In this document: piece by piece, positions 46,090 to 58,974 of the stretch | How positions within the stretch are numbered: the first letter of the stretch is position 1 | Layout: every line of letters begins with the position of its first letter | Assembly (NCBI RefSeq): GCF_032191835.1 | Contig: NC_083234.1 | Coordinates: 27,714,001-27,778,000 of the forward strand | Source: Heteronotia binoei | Taxonomy: Eukaryota | DNA: 64,000 nt | Direction: 5' to 3' | Translations under genes and position numbers: made by a program | Notes under the pieces: model-generated | What the model was told of the DNA's origin: nothing | Databases searched by the model: none | Seen by the model: the letters and a program-made list of their open reading frames with translations, nothing else

Positions 46090-46262
46090 ATTGAGAGAAC
46101 AAAGTTTGAGTTCAGCTTTAAGACGTGTGAGTTTAATTCTGGAGATAAGCTTGCAGACTTGTATCTGAAGAAGTGTGCATGTGCACGCGGAAGCTCACGG
46201 CCGGAATTAAACTGGTGAGTCTTAAAGGTGCTACTGGACCCAGACTGTTCTATTGCTGCAGA
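46090..46262. mobile_element. Second Penelope-like inverted remnant
   Basis: …CTTTAAGAC…TTTAATTCTGG / GTATCTGAAGAAGTGTGCATGTGCACGCGGAAGCTC…GAATTAAAC…GTCTTAAAGGTGC. Confidence 0.55.
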
Positions 46263-46989
46263 CCGACACCCTGAAGCTATATTGAGAGTGCTGCAAAGGT
46301 AAACGGCAGCAACGAGTCAAATCGGTTCATTGGAAGTTTCCCCTGGTACTTCTCTATCACAAAACTGCAAAATGTCAAGTTTCTGAGAGGCTGCCTGCCG
46401 TCAGCGAACTGTCTGTTAGTGCCTGATGAGTAATTGACAAGACGTTTGCGCCTATAATCTACACTGAGCACTGGTTCCAGGATTATCTATTTGCTGATTG
46501 TACACCGCTTTTTGCCGCTTTGGAGAACCAACTGTGCCTTATGAAACTGACCATTGTGTTTGTATGCGCATTGAAATGAGCACTGGTTCCAGAATAATTG
46601 AATAATTGTCGGAGAAAGGAAACCACCGAAACACGCCCTCTACCGGAAGCGTGTCACTTTCACTTTGAATTATTATTCTGGAGAAGAATGCCAGCATCCT
46701 TTGAGTACTTAGTGTACTGCAGATAATTATTCTTGTCTGTTAATGGATTCTGTATCCATATCAGTTGTTGGACCTTGCGACTGTATAAAGATACTTATAT
46801 TCTAATAACTCTGTATGAAGATATATATGTACGCATTTGATGTATAAAACAGCTCTTTACAAAACATACTATTAAGTAATGTATTACAGCAGCATTGTCT
46901 AGTCATTTTGGTGCATTGGATATACCCTAGTTGACGCGGTTTTCTCCAGGTTTTCAACCTCAGGATGTTTTTACCGCTTTATTTGTCAG

Positions 46990-47890
46990 CCACTAGATGG
47001 TGGCTGGAGATCTCCTGGGATTACAATTGATTTTAGGGTTCCCAATTCCCAGGTGGGGACAGGGGATCTCCCGGTTTGAAGGCCCTCTCCCCGCTTCAGG
47101 GTCATCAGAAAGCGGAAGGGGGGGAGAGGGAAATGTTTGCTGGGCACGTCATTATTCCCTATGGAAACCGATTCCCATAGGGTATGATGGAGAATTGATC
47201 TATGGGTATCTGGTGCTCTGGGTGGGGCTGTTTCTTGAGGTAGAGAAAGCAAATTTGCAGCATAGCATCCAGTTACTTTTCTTAAAACACCTTCCAAGTT
47301 TCAAAAAGATTGGATCAGGGGGTCCAATTCTATGAGCCCCAAAAGAAGGTGCCCCTATCCTTCATTATTTCCAGTGGAGGGAAGACATTTAAAAGGCATG
47401 TGGTCCCTTTCAATGTGATGGATAGAATTCCCTTTGGAGTTCAATTATGCTTGTCACACCCTTGCTCCTGGCTCCACCCCCCAAAATCCTCAGATATTTC
47501 TTGAAGTGGACTTGGCAACCCTAGGGAAGGCATGCAGGTGGGTGGGAGGGAAGGAAGGCATGAGTGCCTGGGGGTGGGCAGAGGAAGAGGAGACCTGGGG
47601 AAGTCTCTGCCTAGGATAGGGTTGCCAATCTCCAGATGGAGGCAGGGGAACCCCCAGTTTGGAAGGCCCTGCCCCCCCTTCAGGGTCACCAGAAAATATT
47701 TTAAGCATGTTTTAAGGGTTTAAAAAAACTTTAATTGCATTTGTCTGTGTCCTTTATAAAGTTTATATCTCTGCTACCTAATCTTAAATAGGAACACACA
47801 CGGCCCGGCCTGATATGGCCCGGCCTGACAAGGTCTCATTTATGTCAGATCCGACCCTCATAAAAAATGAGTGACACCCCTGATCTACAC
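46990..47890. mobile_element. Cluster of 'TAGGGTTGCCA' family MITEs
   Basis: TAGGGTTCCCAA (47035), TGGCAACCCTAG (47513) and TAGGGTTGCCAA (47617) termini. Confidence 0.5.
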
Positions 47891-49362
47891 CATTTGGCAG
47901 CTTTAAAACCAGCTTTAAAACCACCATGATAGCATGGGGAAGCAAGGGGCGAAGATATCTCAACAGCATGCATTCTGGGGCAAAGGCATGTGAAATCAAC
48001 CCAGGTCTTCTCCCAAAATTTCCAAAACTGAGTTGAGTGTAAGTTTAAGCAACCCAATCCTCCTCCTGAGCAAGCTTATATGAAAGTAAGATCCCACTGA
48101 AATCTGTAATTTACTTCCAAATTTTATTGTATGTTTACCTGGTTTTTCAAACATAAATTGATCTGCAGGGCGTCTTGTGTTAAAATATATCTACAATGAT
48201 AAATATGCAACAAACTAACATCAAACTCCACCACAATATCATTTTAAAAATGTTCAGCTACACTCCTCTGAGAAGTCTTGGTACAGGCATGATGGAAATG
48301 TCACAGTGCCTAGCTCTTCCTGCTTCTCCTCTTGGCCTTGCTGATATTTATTGTAAAATTTTTGATTTTTAAACATTTTTATGTTTACGTTAAGATTTAC
48401 TATTGTGACTTAGAGCCAAGCCCCCATTTATTCAGTATATTCAGTATAAGTTCTTTATTCAATTAAGTGTACGCACAAGTTTAATAAAAGCGATTAAAAT
48501 CAGTAATTGTATTGCAGACACTGCTTGAGTAATCTGACAACAGCAATTCCTGTCAGTTTCTGATGTCATGAATGGTTCCTGGGTCCATCCTGTATATATT
48601 TGAACTTCACAGAGAGCTATCACAAACTTTAATTTTTCCATTTCATGGTCTTCTTGTTCCATGGTTTTCAGTCCTCTTCCCCCTATCCACTTCTAAGGGA
48701 ACACTTTTCACTGAAGATGATGGATTAATCTCTAATCTGTACCTTGAGACCTTGGGGAGCTATGGCCAGGCAGAATAGCTAAACTACAAAATGTTAATAA
48801 AGCACCACACTGTAAACAAAGAGTTCTCTATGTATATAATTTTTTTCTATCGAAAGCAGACCGTGCTATAACAAGCTGTGCATGTATTGTCCATGACAGG
48901 GGAAAATGCGCAGAGAATGAAACTCAGGAGATTGGGGGGGGGGGGGGGGCGTAGTTTGAATCAATTTCAGTTTGAATTAAAGGAAATGAAGATTATTTGT
49001 TTAGAACGTGGTGCTTTACTAGTGTTTTATATTGTGCCTTTTAATACAACGTATTCCTCTGTGGCTACTAGTGCAGGTCAGAATAGGCTAGATAAACCCG
49101 TGGCCTGACTCTGTACAGTAACTACATATTAACCTGAAGCCATTCAAAAGTTAAACATTTTTTTTTTGCTTAACATCTCATTTGACTGAAAAAAATTCTT
49201 AATTGAATAATTCTTCATTGAATAAACTGACAACAATTATTGGAGGGTGGCTGAATGGAACCTCCATGCTTAGGAGCAGTATGCCTCTTGATTCGCCAAT
49301 TCAGGGGACAAGGCATCATCTTCTCACTTGCCTTCCAGTTCCAGATGATTAACCATCTCAAA

Positions 49363-49620
49363 CCAGTTTGGTGTAGTGGTTTAAGTGTGCAGACTCCTAT
49401 GTGGGAGAACCGGGTTTAATTCCCCACTCCTCCACTTGCAGCTGCTGGAATGGCCTTGAGTCAGCCATAGCTCTCATAGGAGTTGTCTTTGAAAGGGCAG
49501 CTTCTGGGAGACCTCTCTCAGCCCCCATCCACCTTACAGGGTGTCTGTTGTAGGGGAGGAAGCTAAAGGAGATTGTAAGCCGCTCTGAGATTCAGAGTGG
49601 AGGGCGGAATATAAATCCAA
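49363..49620 (+). mobile_element. SINE (CCAGTTTGG family)
   Basis: Full-length copy. Confidence 0.75.
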
Positions 49621-49639
49621 TGGTTTCAATCGGTTTCAA

Positions 49640-50110
49640 CAAACATACACGAGAGAGTCGTTGAACCGGTTACGGGGAAGTGACCCGAGGACTACATTTC
49701 CCAGAAACCCTTTTGTGCCGTGCGAAGAACTGTGTCATTTCCTACAAGGAAGTCAGAGGCAGATAACTGTGCATGCGATCGCAACCTTTTCCTTCTTTTA
49801 AGAAACGCCGCACGGAGGCTGTTACAGAGGTAGGAGAGAACTTCTCGCATTTGATAGGGAGAGCTGGGGAGGCAGACTTAAGGTCCTACAGGACAATGTA
49901 TAGATGGTTTGCCTTAAATCGCGACATTCTTAACATGGAAGGACAAACCAGATCGGCAGTACTTTAGCAGCCCCCTCCCATGTATAACTTACTCGCAAGT
50001 TTTTTTCCTCTGCACAGACTTGCTTGGGAGTAAGTCGCGTTGGCATCGCTGAAATTTACTTATAAGTAAACGTACATAAGATTACGCTGCAATTCTAGAA
50101 GTTCCACTGA
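49640..50110. promoter_or_regulatory. Small CpG-rich promoter-like segment with ZNF143/THAP11-type motif
   Basis: ACTACATTTCCCAGAA at 49691-49706, GGAAGTG (ETS-like) just upstream, local CpG enrichment, and a GTAAGT donor at 50030. Confidence 0.55.
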
Positions 50111-53026
50111 CTATCAGTAGGACAGGTTCCGAGCAAACTTGGATAGGATTGCAATTAGATTCTCTGAAACGACCCTCAGGGTCCTAGACGTACTAAAACG
50201 AATTACAGGATTGCCCATTACATCCAATGGCCAATTCAACCTCTCCCAGTTTCCAATGGGCAATCCTGTCATTCATAAGAACATAAGGGAAGCCATGTTG
50301 GAAAAGATCAATGGCCCATCCAGTCCAACACTCTGTGTCACAGTGGCCAAAAAAAAAAGCAAGCGCCATCAGGAGGTCCATCAGTGTCCATCAGGACACT
50401 AGAAGCCCTCCATTATATCCATTGTTGGGCTGATGTCTGTTATTGTTAAATCTCTATGGGTAAGAAGGTCTTTAGACTGTGCTTGTTTTATTAAAGTTAA
50501 ACCATCACAAGATTGCCTCCTCCTCTCCTGTCTTTAATGGAAAAAAAATCATAGATTTTGCTTCAGTTTCTTTTAAAGTTAACTGAAATTTCTGTTCTGA
50601 ACCCATGTTAGCTACATTCAAAGAGGCTGAGGGACAAGTAGAATCCAGACCACACAGGAAAGCAAAGTGATACTAGTAAGGCTGGGGGCTTTTGAGGTAT
50701 AGTGTTCTCCATTTCTGCTAATATACAATGATCTTTGGATTACTGTTAGAAGACCAGAAGATTAGGCTCTTCTAATAGAACCTTGTTAATACAACTAAAG
50801 CCACATTTTGTCATGCCCTCAGCATGGAAATTGGCCCTCTATCTGTAGTAGGCTGATCTGGAAGGGCAGAATTGTGCTATGACCTTGAAGCTGGACCACT
50901 GTGAAGCACACTACATGGCGCTGCACTTGGAAATGAATTCCAGCTTGTGCAAAATGATGCCACTTATTTGCTGTCTAGAGTTACTTGTAATCAAATATTA
51001 CAACAGTGTTATTGCATGGCTGCCTATTTGTTTCTGGATCTAAAGCGAGGTGCTGGTTAAAACCTATGAAGCCCTTAATGTCCAAGAACCCACAGATCTG
51101 CAGGAACACCTGTCCCAGTATACTGATGAATGGTAGCTTTGTTCATCTTCAGTACTTAAGAGTACTGGAAGATTAGATCACCATCTGCACACAGCAGAAC
51201 TTTCTTAGTAGTGGCTTCTTTGTGGTAGAATGCCCGACACATTAAAAGAAACATCCTTCATATAATTATCATCATGGCAACAGTGCAAGACCAGCTTATC
51301 TAGATGGGTATTCCTGTAGAAGTCTTACAGCAGTCCACAGATATTTTGCTTGCCTTATTTCACTACATTTTTTTTAAATCACTGTAACTGTCCTAGACTC
51401 TTCAAATGGACTTTGGTAAATTATTGTAAAAGTCTGGGATATATTCAAACAGCTAAGTCTAGCCATAGATGTGCTCTCTTGCAGCTTCCAGTATGGCAAG
51501 ATTTTAAAGTACGGTAAATCCTCTCTTATCCAAGTTAAAAAACAAGTGTAATATGAAAATAACATTTATTTACTTAAGTGCTCCATTTTTACAATCCCGT
51601 TAAAATATCAAGATTTATGTATTAAAGACATGGGCTGATAAATCAGGGCTTGCCTAAGGCCCATCAGCAAGTTCATACCCAAAGTAAGATTCATATTAGG
51701 AAACTTCCTAGATCAATTTTTAATCCAGCATGGTGCTCAAATTTGCCATTTTGATGGGGAGGGCGGAGAGACTGAAAATAGAACTGGGTTCTTTACCTGC
51801 TCTTTTTGACAAGGGCAGGATTATTTTTTTCTATTCCATTATCTCCTGTTTAGAACAAGTTCATTCCTATAATAATGATCTACTAATAAAGTTGCATAGA
51901 AGAGTCCAGTGTTGCATAATTGTGCTATGCTTTCTTCCCGTATGCGAGCCATACTTCAATGTGTTCCTAACAGAAGTACTTCCTCTGAGCAAGAAACAAT
52001 TTAGACAAAAGAAACCCTGCTTTTCTTGATTTAGATATAGATATGAGAATATTGTATGCATCATTAGACCATCATTTTATATGCAGAGAGCTACATTTTT
52101 ACTTTGGAGAAAAGACTTGTATAGTTTGAATATTCTTGCAGGGGTCACAGACTAGATCTAGGATTATTGATGATTGTTTGGTGATTCTTCACTTAGTTAT
52201 TAGGTACATGCTTAAGCAAGCAGCTTCTGTTATGAAAGTTTCAAATCAAGCAATTCTAATACCCTACAACTTTAAAAAGCAAAACAACAGTGGTTAGCAC
52301 ACCTGGTAACCAGTGTTCCCTCTAAACTGATTTAGCATGAGCTAGCTCACAGATTTTTAGCCTTAAGGATAGAGTGCCATTCCCTTTCTCTGCCTGCCCC
52401 CTGCATCTTTACATTTTGACTTCAGGGTTTTATCTATTTACATTTGCTTCTAGCACATGTTTAATATGTATTTATTTTATTCCATTCATACCCTTGCCAT
52501 ACCCCACAAGTGGAGTATTACATCAGTTCCACTGGAACAATTACTTTTATCTCATGCTTGAGGATTTCTTCAGCTTTTAAAATTACTAGATGTCAGAAAA
52601 TTCAAGCTCACTAATAGAGAAACAAGAAGTATTTTTTATTCAATAATACATTTTAATAACTAGTATCTAGAAGTTAGAAGATTTTAAAAAGTGACTTCAC
52701 ACGGGAGTTCATTGCTTTAGGAAGAAGTGGGTACAATAGATATTTCAATAAAAGTTGTTCTCCTTGACATACATTCCAGTAGGCTGCAGTTTATCTTATT
52801 TTAAAGGTCACTATTTGTATGTAAGTGATCAGTTTGCAGCAACCATTTTAAGTAGTATTAATAAGCAAAAAAAACCCTCTTTTGCACCAGCATGTAGCAA
52901 TTTGGAAAGCCAAAGCAATTTTAAAATAAGCAGGATTTACACTTCAAAGGAAACAAAATAGGAACATTTTAGATGATGCTAAGTAATACATGCTGCTGTG
53001 AATACAGCTATAAGGACTCTGAATTT

Positions 53027-53923
53027 CTAGGATGAATAAGAATTTCTAGGTACAACTCCATTTGCCAGATCACAGCGTATTCCCCATCGCAGGGCAGATC
53101 GCTTCTTCTCAGTAGGCACCAGGTAATTGTTGGGTATATAAATATGCTGAGACCGAGGAGGAAATTCCGTCTTATACAGCATCTGTTCCCGGATGCTCCA
53201 TCGCACACTTTTCCTGGAATCTTCCCCTGGTAGCCGAAGTGACTCCCAGTCATGCTTATGCTCCAAATAACGAGCTACCCGATCAGTCTTCATTCTGTTT
53301 TGATTCAGTTGGTCTAATCTCGGTAATATGAAGGACTTGGGATGGCCAGTAATGATCAGGTCCTGCTCAGATGATGGACTGCTTTCGCACTGGCTCTCTT
53401 TTTGAGAATCATAACTCCGGCTCTCTTCTGAAGATCTCCAGGAATAAGCAGCCTCTGATTCTGGGGAACTCTTTGGCTCACATTCTTCCTCAGACTCTTC
53501 ATCTTCCTGCTGAGTAGTCTGACTATATGTTCTCTGACTCTGATCCCCATACTCAGGGTCACTTATACTGCTGGACTCAGGTTCGCTGGTGATTGATTCA
53601 TCTGTCACCTGTATTTCTCCGTTGGGTCTTCGCCTCAGAACTTTCCTTTTCATCACAGGTTTCCTAGGAACTCTGGGCTCCTCTGGTTGCAAAGTGGGTT
53701 CCATCTGAGGATGTTTGATCATCACAGGAAGCATGGGTCTGGTCACAGAGGTCACAGAAGCTTTTGTATATGGATCAAGCTGAGGTGGAACACGGCCTTG
53801 TCTTGAGCTGTCTCCCCCTCCATGTTCCACACAAAGGCGGATAAAGGCCATAGCTGCTTTAAGTCGATCTTCATAGTCCATAGTAGTCCATTGGTACCGA
53901 TCTGGCCCCATCAGAGCTTCCAT
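53027..53923 (-). CDS. HYLS1: Centriolar and ciliogenesis-associated protein HYLS1 (298 aa, single coding exon)
   Basis: DPYTKASV, RKPVMKRKVLRR, PKSFILPRLDQL, MKTDRVARY (the Asp mutated in hydrolethalus syndrome is conserved), PNNYLVPTEKKRSALRWGIRCDLA. Acceptor CTCTCTTTCAG 31 nt upstream of the ATG. Confidence 0.96.
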   Translation of the reverse strand: MEALMGPDRYQWTTMDYEDRLKAAMAFIRLCVEHGGGDSSRQGRVPPQLDPYTKASVTSVTRPMLPVMIKHPQMEPTLQPEEPRVPRKPVMKRKVLRRRPNGEIQVTDESITSEPESSSISDPEYGDQSQRTYSQTTQQEDEESEEECEPKSSPESEAAYSWRSSEESRSYDSQKESQCESSPSSEQDLIITGHPKSFILPRLDQLNQNRMKTDRVARYLEHKHDWESLRLPGEDSRKSVRWSIREQMLYKTEFPPRSQHIYIPNNYLVPTEKKRSALRWGIRCDLANGVVPRNSYSS

Positions 53924-54074
53924 GACTTCTCCTTGGCAGATGTTGTTACTAATTCTGAAAGAGAGATGCTAATACTCACACAATATTCAAATCTGAGATG
54001 TTATACCTACCAAAGTTTATTAAACAAAAAATTACTCTGAGAGAATCATTTGCTCATCACTGGCAGGAACTTAC

Positions 54075-54147
54075 CTTGCCTTCTGTCAGCTTAGAATTTA
54101 TTTCAGAGATTTTTGTGCTGCCTCATTAGAGGCCTTCTGAAGTCAGC
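54075..54147 (-). other. Candidate non-coding 5' UTR exon of HYLS1
   Basis: Strong donor AAG|GTAAGT at ~54074 and AG acceptors upstream. It cannot extend the HYLS1 frame (in-frame stop). Confidence 0.4.
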
Positions 54148-55929
54148 TTACAATTAAAATAATAAAATATAGGTTCTGATAAGTTCCCTTTTACAATACT
54201 TGAAATATAGTAAGTCTTACACATTAAATTACTATACAGGTGATTTTTAGACTCTGATTCCAGGTAGCCCTGAGATTCCTTGAAAACATATTGGAAGTCC
54301 TTCAAGAAAATGATCATTAACAGAAAAAGAGCTTATATGAATAACCGCTTGTCTGCCGTTCTTCCACCACTTATTGTTGCCGCACATTTCCAGGGGTGTG
54401 CTTTGGATACACTTAGAGTGCAAAGACCACCAAGCCCAGTTAGTATCCCATATCAAATATATTCACCCTAGAATATACCCTAGGATACTCTGTTTCTTAG
54501 CAGCCTATTTGATGTGGAAGACATTCCAAAAGTCAGTGCTTGAAACCCACAGTTGTACACTTGCAGCCCAATCCAGACATACGTGGCAGGCGGCCGCTGG
54601 GGTTAACTGCTCGTTTCCAGGTCTCCACAGGTTCCGGGCTCCCGGAGGCTCTGCATGTGAGGACTGTCACCCATGGCTGGGCAAGTTCCACTGTCCCGCC
54701 TCCCTCTCCGCTCGATCTCGACTGCTCGGTGTGCAAGCGTCTCTGGCACGTGAACCAGGCAGTGGGCTCCGGCAGGGGGCATCTGCTGACCTCGCTCCCC
54801 TGTGCTGCTGCCTGCTCCCTTCCCTTGGTCTGCCCTTTGCCGCGTTCCCAACCCCTGGTGGGGCACGGGGCATGTGAGTGCGGCAGCTGCCCCACTGTAG
54901 GGAGATGGGTCAGAGACTGTCCCTTTAAGAGAGTGTCCAGCTGAAACGCAGCCTGTTCTTCCTGCCGCCGCCCCTGTAGGTGCTCTTGATCTCTGTCTCC
55001 GTTTTGCAGGTGGGGCTCCAACACAGAGGCTTCCGCATGTGCTGCTCCACCGCCCCCCCCCACTCCCTCAGCTGCTTCTGCCCATTGCTCGGAGCAGAGC
55101 CCCACCCACAGCGAAACTGCCCAGCATGCACCAGGGAAACTGCTGCACTCTGTTCTGGAAAAATAAAGTCTGAGCTGTGCCCTCTGTTGTCTCTCCTGCT
55201 TGGCAAATGCTGCACATTCCCGGGGCAACCCCCCCCCCTCTGGCAGTGGCCTCTCCAAGGGAGTGCCTGGGAGGGTGGGCAGACTTGGTTCTTGGGGGTG
55301 AGGAATGGGCTATGAGCTGCCACGCTGCCCCCCATGTGGCTGGATGGGAAGGGGAGGCGCTGTCCCTCAGCCTGCCCGGGCTGACAGCCTACCCAACCAC
55401 ACAGGGCTGCTGTGCGCTGGGCATTTGGGGGGGGGGGGTGCTCTGGGTGGTGGTGGTAGTGTCTTTTGGACTTGGCCTGGCAGCTCCCAGACACACATTC
55501 CAGCTGCTGTCTAGGACAGGGAACTCCTGCACTTGACACTTTCTGCTTGTCTGCACATGCCCCTGCCCGCCAGGCTGCCATTGGCAGAGTCTCTGACAGT
55601 GGGAGGGAATGGGGGATTGACGGCCTCTCAGGTCCGGGCTTTCCGCCCCCTTGCCCGGTCACGCGCAATGAGCCAATGGCATGCGCCTGGGCAAAATCAC
55701 CATGGCGACGGGTTCTCTCTTGCTCATCGGGCCCCTCTTCCCTCTCCTGGTGCAGCATACCCTCTCCCCTTTGGAAGCCAATGAGGGGTTTCTGAGCTTC
55801 CGCAGCAGCGGAGGTGACCTTTGTTTTTGGTTTCAACGAATGCCTATGGGGCACGCTGCCATTTTTGCAGGTGTAAAGTTGCACCTCTCCGGGGGGGGGG
55901 GTGTCATGGGCCAACTGCTCAGGAAGCTG

Positions 55930-56216
55930 CCTAAGCCTAGCCACGCCCCCAACTCTACCCCCTCCTCCGCCTGAACGCTGCGCTCCGCCTCACTTCCGCC
56001 CACACTCGGGCACAGCCCTCAGGCGCCACTGCCCTCGGGCGAAGTGGCACTTGGGCTGCCCCCCGCCCACGGAACTCCCCTCTAGTGTGGCAGTGCCAGT
56101 CGTACGTCAGCGCAAACCCTTCCCGCGCCCACATAGCGGCTCATCTGCTCCCAAAAGACTTTCCGCCCCCCCCCCCCCCTTCTGGATTGCGCTCTAAAGC
56201 TTGAGGATTTTGCGAT
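55930..56216 (+). promoter_or_regulatory. CpG island / probable PUS3 promoter and non-coding exon 1
   Basis: CpG-rich with GC boxes and CACTTCCG (ETS). Donor GAT|GTAAGT at 56217 pairs with acceptors at 56587/56596, just before the PUS3 ATG. Confidence 0.6.
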
Positions 56217-56607
56217 GTAAGTAACTTCTTTTGGAGTATGAACATGAAAAACCAGGGAGAAGTAATTATCTGGTAAAAGCTATACCCTAGCCTCTTTACT
56301 AGAAGTAATTTGCTGATGCTATTCCCAACTCTTTCAAACACTTCTTTAAAAAAAAAAAGAGGCTCATTTTGAAAACACAGTTTAAAATATTTGTTAGCAA
56401 ACATAGGAAATAAGCACTTTTTCAGTACTAGAAAGATGTAATTAAGCATGAACATGATGCCTTTATGGAAAAGCATAAAGAAAATCTAGTTTTTGCAAAA
56501 TAAATGCATTCTAGCAGCAAATATAAAGCTTGAATAATTATGTAGTTACTACTCTAGACTAACTAGCACCATGTTCTCATGTTGCAGCTTTTATAGGGAT
56601 CTTCACT

Positions 56608-56988
56608 ATGGAAGAGAATGGGACAGAGATGGAGAAGCTGCTAAAGAGGGTTCAGGAGCTAGAAGATACTGTGCAGAGCTTGCAAGAAAAACTCTTAGAG
56701 GGGAAGGAGACCACAGTCACTGAAAGAGTTCCTCTGACAGCTGGAAAAACTAAGAAGCGCCAGCAGAGGCCATTTGATTTTAGTGCTTATGGCCAGAGAC
56801 ATGTAGCTCTGAAGATAGCATATCTGGGCTGGGAATACCAGGGCTTTGCTAGCCAGGAGAACACTAGCAATACTATTGAAGAGAAACTGTTTGAGTCTCT
56901 AATCAAAACCCGGCTGGTGGAGAACAGGCAAACTTCTAATTATCATCGCTGTGGGCGCACAGACAAAGGAGTTAGTGCCTTCGGACAG
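56608..56988 (+). CDS. PUS3: PUS3 coding exon 1 (TruA family, catalytic GRTD)
   Basis: RPFDFSAYGQRHVALKIAYLGWEYQGFASQE…YHRCGRTDKGVSAFGQ|GTAAGC; 381 nt. Confidence 0.96.
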
Positions 56989-57168
56989 GTAAGCACTACC
57001 TTTGTTATATCTCTATGTGGAGTTGCTGGCTTGGGTGTGAAGGTTAATATGGCTATTCTCTCCCTTCATATTTCTCTCTCCTTTCTTAATGCATCCTTTC
57101 CTGTTCTCTGGGTAGATCTATGCGCAGGGAGTAGATTTACTGACAACAAGCATTTATTTATTTCTATT

Positions 57169-57428
57169 GCCAGTTTGGTGTAGTGGTTTAGTGTGTGGAC
57201 TCTTATCTGGGTTTGATTCCCCACTCCTCCACTTGCAGCTGCTGGAATGGCCTTGGATCAACCATAGCTTTCGCAGGAGTTGTCCTTGAAAGGGCACTGC
57301 TATGACAGCCCTCTCAGCCCCACCCACCTCACAGGGTATCTGTTGTGGATGGGAGAAGATATAGGAGATTGTAAGCCTGAGTCTCTGATTCAGAGAGAAG
57401 GACGGGGTATAAATCTGCAGTTTTCTTC
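57169..57428 (+). mobile_element. SINE (CCAGTTTGG family)
   Basis: Family copy within a PUS3 intron. Confidence 0.7.
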
Positions 57429-58197
57429 ATTATCAAAGTTGTAGTCAACTTTAAATTAAAATATTGACATTTAAAAGCTAATAGTATATAGGGAACAAAA
57501 AACTTATGTTTCGTTTCAAGAAATAAACACTAAATGAAACCTATTTGTAAAACATTAAGGCTGCACAGTAATTAGTACCTCTATTTAATAAAATATGTCA
57601 GAAAAAGGGTTTTGATAATCAACTGATAATTAAGAGACATTTAAAATTTTAATTTCACAATAACTATTAAGTAATGTTGGGCTAGATCCTGATGAAATTT
57701 TTATGAACAGAATGGAAAGTTTCCTCACTCTCCCCCTCCTAGTCCAATCTACTAACCCCCACAAAATTCTGTTGCTGGAGGATAGAGAACCTGAGGAACA
57801 ATGTGAGGACCTGTTGTGGGAAGGGGGAATCAGTGGACACTGCCAATGTAGTCAGTACAACCCACTGAAACCCTTGCTTTCCACTGCAAACAGGCGGCTC
57901 AGGAAACTAAGTGGATAAACAGTTCCTTAGAACCCAGAAGTAATTTAACAAGGAACAAAGGTATTTGCTGTCAGTATTTCTTTGAGGAACTGTATTATAA
58001 TTTACTGAAAACTGGCATTTTTGTTGAGTTACAAGGGGTGAATTCACCAGGACATCATGAGAAAGGTTACAAGTTACATTCTATCATCAGCGTCCCTATA
58101 ATCAGTGAAGTAAACAGCTTCAAAGAATACCTTTAAAATTATTATGTTTATCAATTTACTTGTTGTTTTATGTGTGTAACTGTCTCCAATGCTTCAG

Positions 58198-58760
58198 GTG
58201 ATTTCTCTGGATCTCCGCTCAAACTTTTCAGAGAAGACAGTAGATGAACCTAGGATTACTACAAAAGAGAAAGCTAGCAATACTTCTGAGGAGATCCGCT
58301 ACACCCATATTTTAAATCGGGTGCTGCCTCCTGACATACGAGTACTGGCCTGGGCCCCAGTAGATCCCAACTTCAGTGCTAGATTCAATTGCCTGAAGAG
58401 AACTTATCGCTATTTTTTCCCTCATGGTGACTTGGACGTAGCTCTCATGAATACCGCAGCACAGAGATTTGTGGGAACCCACGATTTTCGTAATCTGTGC
58501 AAAATGGATGTATCTAATGGTGTGACCAACTTTCAAAGGACAGTTCTCAGTGCAGAGGTGCAGCCTGTGAGCAGAGAGATAACTAAGCAACAAGACCCTT
58601 TCCAAATGTACCAGTTTGAAGTGACAGGCCAGGCGTTCCTCTATCATCAAGTCCGTTGTATGATGGCTATCCTCTTCCTGATTGGACAAAGGATGGAGCA
58701 GCCAAAAATCATTGATGAGTTATTGGATATAGAGAACAACCCTAGAAAACCACAATACAG
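58198..58760 (+). CDS. PUS3: PUS3 coding exon 2
   Basis: VISLDLRS…IRYTHILNRVLPPDIRVLAW…FSARFNC…GTHDFRNLCKMDV…GQAFLYHQVRCMM…NPRKPQY; 563 nt with AG/GT boundaries. Confidence 0.96.
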
Positions 58761-58974
58761 GTAACACGGTTAAAAAGGAAATCTTAAGCGTACTCATGTT
58801 AATCTGTTATAGCAAAAATTAAGTTGTAGTGGTGACTATTAAGTTATTGTGCTGATTATGGGTTCCTGTAGCCCACTGTGGGTGTTTCTTAGCCCTATTC
58901 TCTGAAGTCTCCTTAACTGGACATTGAACCTGGGTTGTTTTGCATGCAATATACATATTCTACCATTAACTCCT

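Larger units (their letters stand above)
44860..46230. promoter_or_regulatory. CpG island, DDX25 5' region
   Basis: High GC and CpG density immediately upstream of the DDX25 exon chain. Confidence 0.75.

Noticed and set aside
46400-46450. CTGATGAG as a second hammerhead core
   Set aside because: No downstream stem II plus GAAA.
56989-57183. In-frame extension of the PUS3 first coding exon ORF
   Set aside because: Begins after a canonical CAG|GTAAGC donor and has no PUS3 similarity, so it is intronic.
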